The notes under the pieces: generated by a model | What the model saw: only the letters and a program-made list of their open reading frames with translations | Told to the model about the DNA's origin: nothing | Databases searched by the model: none | Made by a program: the position numbers and the translations under genes | Source: Verrucomicrobiota bacterium | GTDB taxonomy: Bacteria > Verrucomicrobiota > Kiritimatiellia > UBA8416 > JBHORK01 | Direction of reading: 5' to 3' | DNA: 64,000 nt | Assembly: GCA_042565725.1 (NCBI GenBank) | Contig: JBHORK010000002.1 | Location: forward strand, 5,049-69,048 | In this document: positions 28,058-39,535 of the stretch, in pieces | Numbering within the stretch: position 1 is the first letter of the stretch | Layout: each line of letters starts with the position of its first letter

Positions 28058-29311
28058 ATGGTAGCGAAAGACTTCAAAGCGGCGTACAAAACAATCATGG
28101 ACGATCATTTTCCGTCAGACATGGAAATAAGCTTTGGCTCCGGTGACAGCAGGCAAACTCTTGTCTTTCAAAAAGCCTCATGGCTGATTGATGGAGTGGA
28201 AAAGGGTCTGCGATACGGTGAAAATCCCGGGCAGGAAGCAGCGGTTTACAAGCTGATTAACGGTAATCTGGTTCTCGGAGAAGTGGAGTGCATTCAGCCC
28301 GGTCAGTACCTGGCTTCCGATGTAGAGCTTCTACAGTCAGGAAAGCATCCAGGCAAGACCAATATAACAGATGCTGATAATGCGATTAACATCCTTAGAT
28401 ACATTAACGATAAGCCGGCAGCGGCAATTATGAAGCATAACAACCCTTGCGGTGTGGCTGTTGGCAGCAGCCTGTCTGAGGCATATGACAAAGCCAATAT
28501 GGCGGATCGACTTGCTGCATTCGGAGGGGCTATAGGCCTGAACCGGGAAGTTGATAAAGAAACTGCCGAGCTTATTGTCAAAAACTATGCCGAAGTTGTG
28601 CTTGCCCCAGAATTTGCCGACGGTGTTATGGATATATTTGCAACAAAGAAGAATCTTCGTGTTCTGCGCATTGGTAATATGGCGAAATTACAGGACTTTA
28701 TCGGCAAAAGATTCGTAGACTTCAAATCGCTGATCGACGGCGGCATGATTGCCCAGTGGTCATTCGTCCCCGAAGCCAGAACAAAAGATGATTTTGTCCC
28801 GGCCCAAACCACTTACAAGGACAAAGAATACAAAATCAACCGCCTCCCCACAGAGAAAGAATATGATGACCTTCTCTTCGGATGGATGGTTGAAGCCGGC
28901 GTTACCAGTAACTCCGTGATTTATGTTAAGGACGGTGTTACAGTCGGAATCGGTACAGGCGAACAGGACAGAGTCGGTGTCGCAGAAATCGCGCGCGACA
29001 AGGCTTATCGTAAACTGGCTGATAAAATTTGCTGGTTAACTCACGAAATTCCCTACAACACCCTGAAAGATGAAGCAGCCAAAGCTGAAATTGACAATGA
29101 AGTTGCTGAGAAAAAAGGCGGTTTAATTGGAAGCTGTATGGTATCCGACGCGTTCTTCCCGTTCAGAGACGGTGTTGAAGTTGGCCTCAGGGAAGGTGTA
29201 ACCTCTATAGTCCAGCCGGGCGGATCAGCACGTGACTTCGAGAGTATTGAGGCCTGCAACGAAGCTGATGTGGCGATGGTGTATACCGGCCAGCGCAGCT
29301 TCAAACACTAA
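28058..29311 (+). CDS. AICAR transformylase-domain protein (PurH-like, lacking the N-terminal MGS/IMP cyclohydrolase domain)
   Basis: KHNNPCGVA, VSDAFFPFRDGVE, IVQPGGSARD, VYTGQRSFKH. Only 417 aa, with about 60 aa preceding the transformylase region. Confidence 0.75.
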   Translation: MVAKDFKAAYKTIMDDHFPSDMEISFGSGDSRQTLVFQKASWLIDGVEKGLRYGENPGQEAAVYKLINGNLVLGEVECIQPGQYLASDVELLQSGKHPGKTNITDADNAINILRYINDKPAAAIMKHNNPCGVAVGSSLSEAYDKANMADRLAAFGGAIGLNREVDKETAELIVKNYAEVVLAPEFADGVMDIFATKKNLRVLRIGNMAKLQDFIGKRFVDFKSLIDGGMIAQWSFVPEARTKDDFVPAQTTYKDKEYKINRLPTEKEYDDLLFGWMVEAGVTSNSVIYVKDGVTVGIGTGEQDRVGVAEIARDKAYRKLADKICWLTHEIPYNTLKDEAAKAEIDNEVAEKKGGLIGSCMVSDAFFPFRDGVEVGLREGVTSIVQPGGSARDFESIEACNEADVAMVYTGQRSFKH

Positions 29312-29380
29312 GAAGTGCTGTTATCGGTTATTGCTTGTTAGAGTCTGAGCCTAATGGCGCTAGCTGAAGGGTGTTCACCA

Positions 29381-29535
29381 CAGGAAGAGAACACCCAATA
29401 TCCAACAAGGAATGCCCAATTCCCAAGGAAAGACAAGAATACAATGCGCCGTGTGATACAATGCTTAATGCGTTTGGATAGCGCATCTTTAGGATCATCG
29501 GTTGGATATTCCTTGTTGGATATTGGATATTCGTG
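29381..29535. repeat. inverted pair of the GAACACCCAATATCCAACAAGGAAT / TTGGATATTCCTTGTTGGATATT word
   Basis: gaacacccaatatccaacaaggaatgcccaattccc ... about 70 nt ... cggttggatattccttgttggatattggatattcg. Confidence 0.8.
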
Positions 29536-29904
29536 ACACAGGGGTTCATGTGTTAATTTTTGAACGATATTAAATCCCTGAACGTCTTGCTTGATTGTTG
29601 GGAAACACCCGCCCTGTATGGTGGGCCCGTCACAGTGTCAGCATTTTGGCGCCAGAGTTAATCCCTTACAACCAGCGAGCGAATTAAAGGCCATGCTCCT
29701 GCAGGATCTTTAATTCGAGAGCAATCCCGAAAACATCCTGTCAATCCTGTCAAAAAAATCTTATCTGCGTCCATCGGCGGTTAATAAAACTTACTCATGC
29801 AATGTGCAGATTAGTTATCAGGAAAATAAAAAGGCAGATACGATTTCTCGCATCTGCCTTTTTCCTTACAATTATCAATCCGCAATCCGCAATCCAAAAT
29901 TCCC

Positions 29905-31197
<1,293 letters not shown>

Positions 31198-31590
31198 CTA
31201 TCACTATTAGACACAAGCCCGCAACCAAATTTTGATATAAGTTCTTACCTGTAAGCCTTTTTACAGAATAACCACCCGCGCTCCCGTTCATGGCGAACCT
31301 TCACGGTGAACCGCGCTGGAGAGCCCGAGGCACAGAGAAGATTAAGAAGAGTGTTGTTAAAATCCAAACAAAATAAGAATTTTACTCGGATTCTAACAAC
31401 GGTTGGGGTTGGAGAAAGAGGAGCGGGATTCTTTAGCCCGGAGCAATTCCTTATCTCCGTTTCGCCATGTCCCCCTTCCCCGCGTCTCTCTTTATCCTGT
31501 ACATCCTGCCTGCCAAGCCGTAGCCTTGGCGAAAGATGGTTCATTCCGTCTAAGATATTATCTTTACAAAGTATAAAGAGGAGGCTCATC

Positions 31591-31788
31591 ATGGCCGAAT
31601 GTAATATCAGCAAGAACATGTCAAAATGTAACTGTTCGTATGATCCATGCAGTCGTAAAGGCAAGTGTTGCGAATGTCTTCATTACCACAAATCTATGGG
31701 ACAACTTCCGGCCTGTTATTTTCCAGATGATGCGGAACGCACGTATGACCGCAGTATAGAAAAATTCATTGAAACCTATAAAAGCTAA
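31591..31788 (+). CDS. small Cys-rich protein (65 aa)
   Basis: [45 protein letters not shown]. Strong RBS AAAGAGGAGG lies 6 nt upstream. The long ORF-track N-terminal extension runs through repeat words and is rejected. Confidence 0.55.
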   Translation: MAECNISKNMSKCNCSYDPCSRKGKCCECLHYHKSMGQLPACYFPDDAERTYDRSIEKFIETYKS

Positions 31789-31809
31789 CCCGAAATAACG
31801 CCAGGCATT

Positions 31810-33126
31810 TTAAGAGATGGCTTCCTTTATAAAATCCAACAGAAAGATCTTACCAAGCAGGAAGAATATAATGGCCAGGATTGCCGCAACAGGCACCGTA
31901 ATAAACCATGCTCCAAAAATACTGCGCGCAACCTTTCTGTTAATACCCGCCAACCCTCTTGCCAGGCCTATACCCATTATGGCGCCCACCAGGGTGTGAG
32001 TAGTGGATATTGGCAGTTTCATTCTGGTGCAGATTAATACGGTTATGGTTGCAGCAATATCCGCGGCAACTCCGCGTGAAGGCGTTATTTCCGTAATCTT
32101 AGTTCCAACAGTATGCATAACACGATAGCCATACGTGGCAAGGCCCATTACTATGCCAAATCCGCCAAGGGTTAATACCCATGTGGGAACCGCGACCTTC
32201 ATCTTTATGGTGCCTGTAGAAACGATATCAACTACTGCCGCAAGCGGCCCCACGGAATTGGCCACATCATTGGCGCCATGCGCAAATGCAACCGAACAGG
32301 AGGTAACAACAACCAGAGGCGCAAACACCTGCTCTACCAGGCGTAATTGCGCTGAAAGTTCTAAATCCACTTTATCTCTTAAATGACGCCCTATAATAAT
32401 TCTGGAAATCACGGCCGCAATAACCCCTATTATACCGGCGACAATAAAAGAATTGTTCCCTGTCAAAAACTCCATTTTCCCGGCGGCAAAAATATGTTTC
32501 ATCCCCTTATACAGAATGGAAAGTGTAATCACTATTGCAATAGCGAATACCAGATAAGGCGAGACCTTGATGGCCGCAGACACAGGTTTCTTTCTGCCTA
32601 ATATGGTCCAGTTTATAATCTTGAAGATTATAAAAGCCATTATGCCGCCGGCAACCGGTGATATAAGCCAGCTGGCAACAATTTGGCCCATCTTGCCCCA
32701 GTTAACCACACTCCATCCCGCGGCAACAATACCAAAACCCGCAACTGCACCCACGATAGAATGCGTTGTTGAAACCGGCATACCTATCCAGGTTGCGGCA
32801 TTAAGCCATACTGCCGCGGCGAGAAGCGCGGAAGCCATGCCAAGAACCATAATTACGGCAGCATCGCCCTCTGTCATACCGGGGATAGCCGCAATCGCGT
32901 TAGGATCAACAATACCTTTGCGAACTGTATCGGTGACATGACTGCCCACCAGCACAGCGCCGGCAAATTCACAGAGACCGGCGGCAATAACGGCTTTTTT
33001 TACGCTGATAGCTTTAGAGCCAACGGCATCAGCCATGGAATTGGCCACATCATTAGCGCCAATATTCCAGGCCATATAAAAGCCAACTATTGCGGTTATC
33101 AATACTATTATTGTTACAGGTTCCAT
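31810..33126 (-). CDS. inorganic phosphate transporter, PiT family
   Basis: Two GANDVANS(M/V) motifs; multi-TM; 438 aa. Confidence 0.85.
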   Translation of the reverse strand: MEPVTIIVLITAIVGFYMAWNIGANDVANSMADAVGSKAISVKKAVIAAGLCEFAGAVLVGSHVTDTVRKGIVDPNAIAAIPGMTEGDAAVIMVLGMASALLAAAVWLNAATWIGMPVSTTHSIVGAVAGFGIVAAGWSVVNWGKMGQIVASWLISPVAGGIMAFIIFKIINWTILGRKKPVSAAIKVSPYLVFAIAIVITLSILYKGMKHIFAAGKMEFLTGNNSFIVAGIIGVIAAVISRIIIGRHLRDKVDLELSAQLRLVEQVFAPLVVVTSCSVAFAHGANDVANSVGPLAAVVDIVSTGTIKMKVAVPTWVLTLGGFGIVMGLATYGYRVMHTVGTKITEITPSRGVAADIAATITVLICTRMKLPISTTHTLVGAIMGIGLARGLAGINRKVARSIFGAWFITVPVAAILAIIFFLLGKIFLLDFIKEAIS

Positions 33127-33153
33127 ATTGGATATTATCAGGAAAGATGCCTT

Positions 33154-33828
33154 TTACCCCTTAACAATCATAGTTCTCAACAAATCACCTGTGTTTTCGG
33201 CTTCATTTGCTATGCGGCCCAATGTCCTCAGGATCTTGTCGTAGAACATAAGCGTTACGGGGCCCAATTTGTCTTCGAGATCATACATCTTCTTGCTTAA
33301 ACTACGCTGCATTCTGTCGGCCTTCCACTCTTCTTCTCCTAATCCCTCAATGCGTTTTAATACCGACTTCGCCTCCACACCGCCAAATGCCGTTTCCGCA
33401 AGATTCTGAAGCTCTACAGCGGCTTCAAGCAATATATTGCTCACATGCAGTATCTGGTCGACAAACTTGAGAAAATCATCCTTAAGCTCCGGGTCAAGCT
33501 TTGTACGACGAATAAACAGGATAATCGCAAGATCCTCAACTGTATCAGCTATCCTGTCCTGACAGCGAAGAAAGATTTCAAGTTCATTCCTCTCAACCGG
33601 AAGAAAATAACGTCTCGGCAATTGCTCACGAATCTCATGTTTTATCACATCCGCCTCGTATTCAATCTTTGAGATATTATCCTGCAGACTATGGATTTCT
33701 TCATAATCTTCATTAATAACAGCATCCATAAGCGGCTTAATAATTCCAACACACTCAATAACTTTTTTGGTGTGTTGCACAAGCGGGCCAAATGGCGATT
33801 TACCAAACAATTCTCCCATAATATTCAT
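33154..33828 (-). CDS. DUF47/PhoU-like phosphate transport regulator
   Basis: FGKSPFGPLVQHTKKVIECV N-terminus and helical repeat. Shows the conserved pairing immediately upstream of a PiT transporter. Confidence 0.7.
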   Translation of the reverse strand: MNIMGELFGKSPFGPLVQHTKKVIECVGIIKPLMDAVINEDYEEIHSLQDNISKIEYEADVIKHEIREQLPRRYFLPVERNELEIFLRCQDRIADTVEDLAIILFIRRTKLDPELKDDFLKFVDQILHVSNILLEAAVELQNLAETAFGGVEAKSVLKRIEGLGEEEWKADRMQRSLSKKMYDLEDKLGPVTLMFYDKILRTLGRIANEAENTGDLLRTMIVKG

Positions 33829-34036
33829 TATCGTTCTCCTTTTTAGAAATCAAAAGATACAAAGAGTTTTCTTTCAGACCGACTAATATCGAACAGAATA
33901 ACAGGCAGATAAAATCTTAAAAGCTTTTTTTTGCTTTTAAAAAGAGGGAAATCGCTGTGCCAAAGCCGGCTAATGCTTCATAAAAAATAATTCGTGAATA
34001 ATCCATTGTAATATCATATCTTTCCCTCAGGCATCT

Positions 34037-35626
34037 ATGCAAACAACCGGTAAAACAACAGAAAAAGATCGGGAGAAAAGATTCCGGCTGAGAATTATCA
34101 TCCCTTCTTTTCCCGCCTTCAATATTTATTCGGGCATCGCAAGAATGACAACAGCGTTAGGACCCATGTGCGTGGCAACTGTGGCCAACAAGATGGAAAC
34201 ATGGGATGTGGAAATAATCGACGAGAACAACTACCAGCGTTATGGCCCAAAAGATTCCAACGGCAAACCAGACCATGAAACACTCCAGAAAATCAGACCC
34301 GCAGACGTCGTTGGACTCTACGGTGGGCTGACTTCGACCGCGCCAAGACTGTACCAACTCGCGGAATTTTACAAAAAACTAGGTATAATAACCATTGCAG
34401 GGGGTCAGCATTTTGCCGGTGATAATATCAGCGAAGCCCTTAATAACCACCTCGATTTTGTCGTTATAGGTGAAGGCGAAGAAACCATAAAAGAACTTTT
34501 GAAGTCCATACAGAACGAACAGGATGCGTGCAACGTGAAAGGCATAGCGTTTCTGAAAGACAACAAACCGTTCCTGACCCCTTCGCGAGAGCCTATCACC
34601 GATTTCGACAAGCTGCCCGCACCCGATTTTTCGCTTGTCCGATACGCTAAAATCAGAATCTATCCGGTCGGCTGGGTGCGCGGCTGCGGTATGTTCTGCG
34701 AGTTCTGTACTGTCAAAGGCAAAGTGCGCTGTCCTGCCCCGGAATATGTATTCGAACAGATAACCGCATTGGTAGAAAAATTCAACGCGAAATATTTCTT
34801 CATGGTGGACGATCTTTTCGGCCAAAACAGAAAAGCCGCCCTCCGCCTCTGCGAAATGCTTACCGAATATCAGGACGCGACACGGACACGGCTCGACATC
34901 ATGGTCCAGATCCGACTTGATAAGGCAAAAGACCCGGAACTGCTTCAGACAATGCGCCAGGCGAGAATAACAGGCGTAGCAATAGGATTTGAATCCCCTA
35001 TTGCCGAAGAACTGGAAGCCATGAACAAAAAAATCAAGCCGGAAGACATGGTAAAACTTTCACGCATCTATCATAAAGCCGGATTCCTCGTTCATGGTAT
35101 GTTCATTTTCGGATATCCAATGCCTGACGGAGTTGAATTTAATATGTCGATCAAAGAACGCGTCAAACGTTTCAAGCAATTCATAAGAAAAGCAAAAATA
35201 GATACTATCCAGGTCCTTCTGCCTGTTCCTTTGCCCGGCACAGAATTGACAGAAAGGCTTAAAAATTCAAATAGAATTTTCTCTAAAGACCTCATCGGCT
35301 GGGAATATTACGATGGAAACTTCCCGCTGTTTCAACCGGACAAACCAATGACTCCCGAAGAAATACAGAAAGCCATTCAAAAAATTATGGGCGTCTTTTA
35401 TAAATTCAAAAGTATGTTTGCGGTTGGATTGCATGTTTTGAGTTTTCCCGCGATGTTGTTCTTCCTTTACAATGTCAAAAAAGGATGGCGCAAATGGTAT
35501 AGGCCATGGCGCAACAATATAATCAGGTTTGGCGGCTGGATTATTCTCAAAAACTGGACTGCGGAATTCAAGAAAGGCGTCTTCTCCAAAAAGCTCAATC
35601 AGGCCAAAAAGCTTCTCAAGCGCTGA
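34037..35626 (+). CDS. B12-binding-domain radical SAM protein with C-terminal hydrophobic helix
   Basis: CGMFCEFC (CX3CX2C) cluster motif after an N-terminal Rossmann-like B12-type region (VVGLYGG..., VVIGEGEET). C-terminal FAVGLHVLSFPAMLFFLY. Confidence 0.7.
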   Translation: MQTTGKTTEKDREKRFRLRIIIPSFPAFNIYSGIARMTTALGPMCVATVANKMETWDVEIIDENNYQRYGPKDSNGKPDHETLQKIRPADVVGLYGGLTSTAPRLYQLAEFYKKLGIITIAGGQHFAGDNISEALNNHLDFVVIGEGEETIKELLKSIQNEQDACNVKGIAFLKDNKPFLTPSREPITDFDKLPAPDFSLVRYAKIRIYPVGWVRGCGMFCEFCTVKGKVRCPAPEYVFEQITALVEKFNAKYFFMVDDLFGQNRKAALRLCEMLTEYQDATRTRLDIMVQIRLDKAKDPELLQTMRQARITGVAIGFESPIAEELEAMNKKIKPEDMVKLSRIYHKAGFLVHGMFIFGYPMPDGVEFNMSIKERVKRFKQFIRKAKIDTIQVLLPVPLPGTELTERLKNSNRIFSKDLIGWEYYDGNFPLFQPDKPMTPEEIQKAIQKIMGVFYKFKSMFAVGLHVLSFPAMLFFLYNVKKGWRKWYRPWRNNIIRFGGWIILKNWTAEFKKGVFSKKLNQAKKLLKR

Positions 35627-35864
35627 AAACAAGTATTTCGTATCTCGTATTTCGTATCTTGCACTATTCGTCTAACGGTTGCGGTTGCGCTGCTCGAATC
35701 GTCCTTCGGTTGGGGTTGCGGCAGGTCCCTCCTGACACCTACAACCTAACACCCTCTTCGTTCCCTCCCCGCCGCGCTTGTCCTTCATCCTTGGATATTC
35801 CTTGTCACGCCAAAGCGTGATAAATTGGATGCTTGTCCCGCAAGGCGGGATTGGATATTCAATT

Positions 35865-36078
35865 CGGTCAAGTCCTGATTTAAAGTTGTCACTTTGACAT
35901 TATTATTTTGTTATATTCACCTTAGCCAAATCTAACCCCATCGAAATCGCTATCGAAATCGCTATCGATTTCACCGTCTTGCCATTGCCTTAGACAATAT
36001 CCAGAGAATCACAGGACGGTAGATATTCAGTTTTTCGCATCCCAACTCCATATTATTTCGATTTGGATACCGATTTGG
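35865..36078 (+). repeat. about 226-bp conserved intergenic element, copy 2 (most diverged)
   Basis: Collinear with 13697-13922. Preceded by the same cctgacacctacaacctaa...cttgtccttcatccttggatattccttgt module seen at 13621-13696. Confidence 0.85.
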
Positions 36079-36216
36079 ACTTATTCTCCCTATCCCCGTA
36101 TCTCGTATCTCGTATTTCGTATTTCGTTCAACGTTCGATGTTCAATACTAATACCCCTGCTCTTCTCTCTACTTCTTTCTCGCATCTCGTACCTCGCATC
36201 CCGTATCTTAACTTCT

Positions 36217-38091
36217 ATGAAACCAATGCTGATTCCTCAGCCGCAATCAATAAAATTACAGGAAGGTTCGTTCCTGTGCGACAGTGATGGAACCATAACA
36301 ATACCCAACAGATCACTCCGTACTCTTACTGAACATATTCCCGATTTATTCGGAAGTTATCAAACCGCGTCGAAACCTAAACGAAACAGGAATGCCTTCA
36401 TCATCCGACTCGCAAAAAAACTGAAACCCGGCGGCTATAAACTGCGCATCAGCTCCAAGCGTATTCTGCTCGAGTGCGAATCACCTTCCGCAGGCTTCCA
36501 CGGCCTTCAGACTCTGTCTCAATTAGTATCACAGAAAAAACAAGACAAATTGCCGTGTTTAATAATTAATGACTGGCCGGATTTCCCTGTGCGTGGAATA
36601 TACTACGATGTGTCACGCGGTCGCGTTCCTGAAACCAAAAGACTCATGGAATTCGCGGACCAGCTTTCGCAATACAAGATTAACCAGCTCCAATTTTACG
36701 TAGAAGACACATTTCGTTTTCTTCACCATCCAGAAATAGGCAAACACTCCTCTCCACTAACAAAAAACGACATTCTGAGACTCGACTCCTTCTGCCGCGA
36801 AAAATACATTGAACTGGTTCCATCAATGGCAAGCTTCGGACACCTCAGTAAAATCCTGGAACTTTCGCAATATCGGCACCTGGCTGAAGATTGGGGGATC
36901 GGAAAATATCTGAGTCCAGAAGCAGAAAAGCTTTCTGCATCACAGAAACATAAAGGATGGACTCTGTCCCCTGCTAATCCGGAAATTTATATCTTCCTGG
37001 ACTCACTTTTCTCAGAATTTCTGCCTCTTTTCAAATCCGACAAATTTAATGTCTGCTGCGATGAAACTTACGATCTTGGCCTGGGCCAAAGCTTTGAACT
37101 CTGCAAAAAAGAAGGCGTTGGCCTGATTTATCTTACACATATTCTTAAACTCCGAGAACTCGCAGGAAGATACAATAAACAAATAATGCTGTGGGGCGAC
37201 ATGATCAGGAAATATCCTGAACTGATCGAAAAACTCCCAAAAGACATCACGGTTCTGGACTGGAACTATGATCATAACCACAATTTCGCATCAATCCGCG
37301 ATTTTACTCAAACTGGTCTCTCTGCATACGGCTGTCCCGGCACTTCATCCTGGGCTTCTCTATTCCCGAGAATCCATGAAGCCTGGAAAAATATCGCATC
37401 TGCGTCTAAAGAAGAAAACGCCGCTGGAATCCTTACAACAGACTGGGGTGACGGCGGACATTATAACTTTATGGAATTTTCATGGCCCTGCTATCTCTTT
37501 GGCGCTGAAAAGGCGTGGAATGCAAAAGCAAACCAGAAAAGTTTCCTGCGCAAATTCTGCAAGCTCTTCTTGAAATCCGGAAGTAGGGATTTGCAGGATG
37601 CAATCAGCAGGCTCGGCGACATCACACACCTCAGTGTCGACGGCTTTTACCAAAGCGTGTGGCAGCATATATTCTTTGCCTGCCCCGGAGATCCGGTATT
37701 CTGTAAAGAAAAAGCCACCGGTTGGATATCGGAATCCGGTAAAATCAGAAGAACAGAAGTATCACTCAATGCCAGGCTTGGTGCTAATACCGTTTTTGAG
37801 CTCGACAATATAAGGGATATTTTCAGTCGTTATAGCCGCAAACATAACGTGGATCCGCCAGGCGTACTTCCTTATTGGATTTTTGCCGTGGATACCCTTC
37901 GTCATTCAGCTCGTAAGCTATCCGCATTCAGTCAGCATGGTACAGATACTCCGGCAACCCGCCGCTCCCTGAAGAGCGAAATGACTAAACTCATGAACCA
38001 ATTCGAGCGTCTTTGGCTCGCCCGCAATCGCCGCTCGGAAATATACCTCACTCTCGGCCGATACCGTAAAGTGCTCCAAGCACTGGATTAG
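36217..38091 (+). CDS. glycoside hydrolase family 20-like (beta-N-acetylhexosaminidase-like)
   Basis: N-terminal IPQPQSIKLQEGSF; INDWPDFPVRGIYYDVSRG; FNVCCDETYDLG (D-E catalytic pair context). Confidence 0.65.
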   Translation: MKPMLIPQPQSIKLQEGSFLCDSDGTITIPNRSLRTLTEHIPDLFGSYQTASKPKRNRNAFIIRLAKKLKPGGYKLRISSKRILLECESPSAGFHGLQTLSQLVSQKKQDKLPCLIINDWPDFPVRGIYYDVSRGRVPETKRLMEFADQLSQYKINQLQFYVEDTFRFLHHPEIGKHSSPLTKNDILRLDSFCREKYIELVPSMASFGHLSKILELSQYRHLAEDWGIGKYLSPEAEKLSASQKHKGWTLSPANPEIYIFLDSLFSEFLPLFKSDKFNVCCDETYDLGLGQSFELCKKEGVGLIYLTHILKLRELAGRYNKQIMLWGDMIRKYPELIEKLPKDITVLDWNYDHNHNFASIRDFTQTGLSAYGCPGTSSWASLFPRIHEAWKNIASASKEENAAGILTTDWGDGGHYNFMEFSWPCYLFGAEKAWNAKANQKSFLRKFCKLFLKSGSRDLQDAISRLGDITHLSVDGFYQSVWQHIFFACPGDPVFCKEKATGWISESGKIRRTEVSLNARLGANTVFELDNIRDIFSRYSRKHNVDPPGVLPYWIFAVDTLRHSARKLSAFSQHGTDTPATRRSLKSEMTKLMNQFERLWLARNRRSEIYLTLGRYRKVLQALD

Positions 38092-38111
38092 TAGATAAAG
38101 GATCGAACAAT

Positions 38112-38132
38112 CAATCCCGCCTTGCGGGATTG
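38112..38132. terminator. bidirectional stem-loop between convergent GH20 and rplT genes
   Basis: CAATCCCGC-ctt-GCGGGATTG perfect stem. The same hairpin word occurs at 6121-6141 and 35836-35856. Confidence 0.45.
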
Positions 38133-38188
38133 GATATTTAAAGAATCGACAAAACAGGAATGAAGTTCCCAAGGACAATCAGATCAGA

Positions 38189-38542
38189 TTAAAGGCCCGA
38201 CTTGGCTAAAGCAACTATGACATCAAAACCCTTTGGGTCATGTATCGCAATCTCGGACAGCATCTTTCTGTTCAAAGTCACCTTCACCTTAGTGAGCCCC
38301 TCTATCAGGCGACTGTAGGTAATGCTATTTTGCCTGCACGCGGCAGACACTCTGGCTATCCATAAAGCACGATAAGTTCTCTTCTTCTGTTTTCTGTGAA
38401 TAGTGGAAAGCCGCATGGCACGATCCACTGCTTCCGTAGCCTGCCTCAACAGTTTGCTTCGTGAACCTCTGAATCCCCTTGCCCGCTTAAGAATACGTTT
38501 TCTTCTTTTCCTTGATGCAGGCGCATTTGTTATTCTAGCCAT
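38189..38542 (-). CDS. rplT: 50S ribosomal protein L20
   Basis: MARITNAPASRKRRKRILKRARGFRGSRSKL... Confidence 0.95.
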   Translation of the reverse strand: MARITNAPASRKRRKRILKRARGFRGSRSKLLRQATEAVDRAMRLSTIHRKQKKRTYRALWIARVSAACRQNSITYSRLIEGLTKVKVTLNRKMLSEIAIHDPKGFDVIVALAKSGL

Positions 38543-38544
38543 AA

Positions 38545-38739
38545 TTAACTCCCGAGCATTTCTACAACCCGCTTTGTTTCAGTCTTACTTAAAACCGCCC
38601 TGCGTCTCAGGTTTCGTTTTCGCTTGCGCGACTTCCCTGCCAGCAAATGTCCAGATCCAGCTTTCGAATACTTAATCTTTCCTTTCGCTGTTTTCTTGAA
38701 GCGCTTTGCTGCGGCCTTTTTTGTCTTCTTTTTAGGCAT
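38545..38739 (-). CDS. rpmI: 50S ribosomal protein L35
   Basis: MPKKKTKKAAAKRFKKTAKGKIKYSKAGSGHLLAGKSRKRKRNLRR. Start at internal ATG 38739. Confidence 0.9.
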   Translation of the reverse strand: MPKKKTKKAAAKRFKKTAKGKIKYSKAGSGHLLAGKSRKRKRNLRRRAVLSKTETKRVVEMLGS

Positions 38740-38848
38740 AATAAAAATCCTTGAATCTTTTACGTATACAATATCTCCCGGAACCCCTTGAAACCTCCTC
38801 AACCGAGAAGGGGCGTAGCCTAACGAAAAGGACAAATGCCGTCCAGCA

Positions 38849-39364
38849 CTATTTTTTCGAACGAGGCCCGATCATTGCCACAATGGTTCTGCCCATCATC
38901 CTGGGGGCCGAATCAACCATACTCAGATCTTCACAGTCTTTTATCACACGAGACACCACTTCAAAGCCCAACTCCCGATGCGCCATCTCTCGACCTCGAA
39001 ACATTAGCGAGACTTTGACTTTATGTCCCTTTTCCAGGAACTGTCTTATGTGATTCGTTTTCGTCTGGTAATCATGTTCCGCAACATTAGAATGGAACTT
39101 GATCTCTTTTAATGCGTGACCATGCTGATGTTTTTTGGCGAGTTTATCTTTCCTGCTTTCCTCATACTTATACTTGCCGTAATCCATTATCCGGCAAACA
39201 GGAGGCTTAGCCTTGGGAGATATCTCAACCAGATCCAGGCCTGCCTGACGCGCCAGCGTCAGAGCCTGCTTTGTGGACATAACCCCCAGCATTTCCCCCT
39301 TAGCCCCTGAACATCGAACTTCTGATACTTTTATCCTGTGGTTTGTTCTTATAAACGAACGAAT
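38849..39364 (-). CDS. infC: translation initiation factor IF-3, ATT start codon
   Basis: The ORF track begins at MLGVMSTKQAL, but the frame stays open upstream: (I)RSFIRTNHRIKVSEVRCSGAKGEMLGV matches the IF-3 N-terminus. ATT at 39364-39362 lies 5 nt after AAGGAGG. Confidence 0.85.
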   Translation of the reverse strand: MRSFIRTNHRIKVSEVRCSGAKGEMLGVMSTKQALTLARQAGLDLVEISPKAKPPVCRIMDYGKYKYEESRKDKLAKKHQHGHALKEIKFHSNVAEHDYQTKTNHIRQFLEKGHKVKVSLMFRGREMAHRELGFEVVSRVIKDCEDLSMVDSAPRMMGRTIVAMIGPRSKK

Positions 39365-39393
39365 AACTACCTCCTTGTGTTGTGTTTGTCAAA

Positions 39394-39535
39394 GTTCTGT
39401 AAAATAAACTATTTTACAGAACAGTAGTCAGAAGTCAGGATTCAGCAGTCAGAATATTAAAGACAATTTCTTATTTTATTCTTAATTCTGATTTCTGTCT
39501 TCTGAATTCTTTCTGAGAAATTCCAAATTTCTCAG
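39394..39535 (-). promoter_or_regulatory. highly structured thrS-infC intergenic leader (three hairpins)
   Basis: CTGAGAAATT-cca-AATTTCTCAG (39513-39535). Inverted CTGA-heptamer arrays (39424-39517). Perfect 13-bp stem GTTCTGTAAAATA-aac-TATTTTACAGAAC (39394-39422). Confidence 0.5.

Noticed and set aside
29328-29549. Short ORFs containing NIQYPTRN / LLDIGYS strings (also 29354-29536 and 6085-6306)
   Set aside because: These are translations of the inverted TTGGATATTCCTTGTTGG word on both strands. They overlap each other antisense and have no RBS.
31245-31664. 139-aa minus ORF, and the 95-codon N-terminal extension of the 31306-31788 ORF
   Set aside because: Both traverse intergenic word repeats. 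The plus-strand gene has a strong RBS and ATG at 31591, giving a compact Cys-rich protein.
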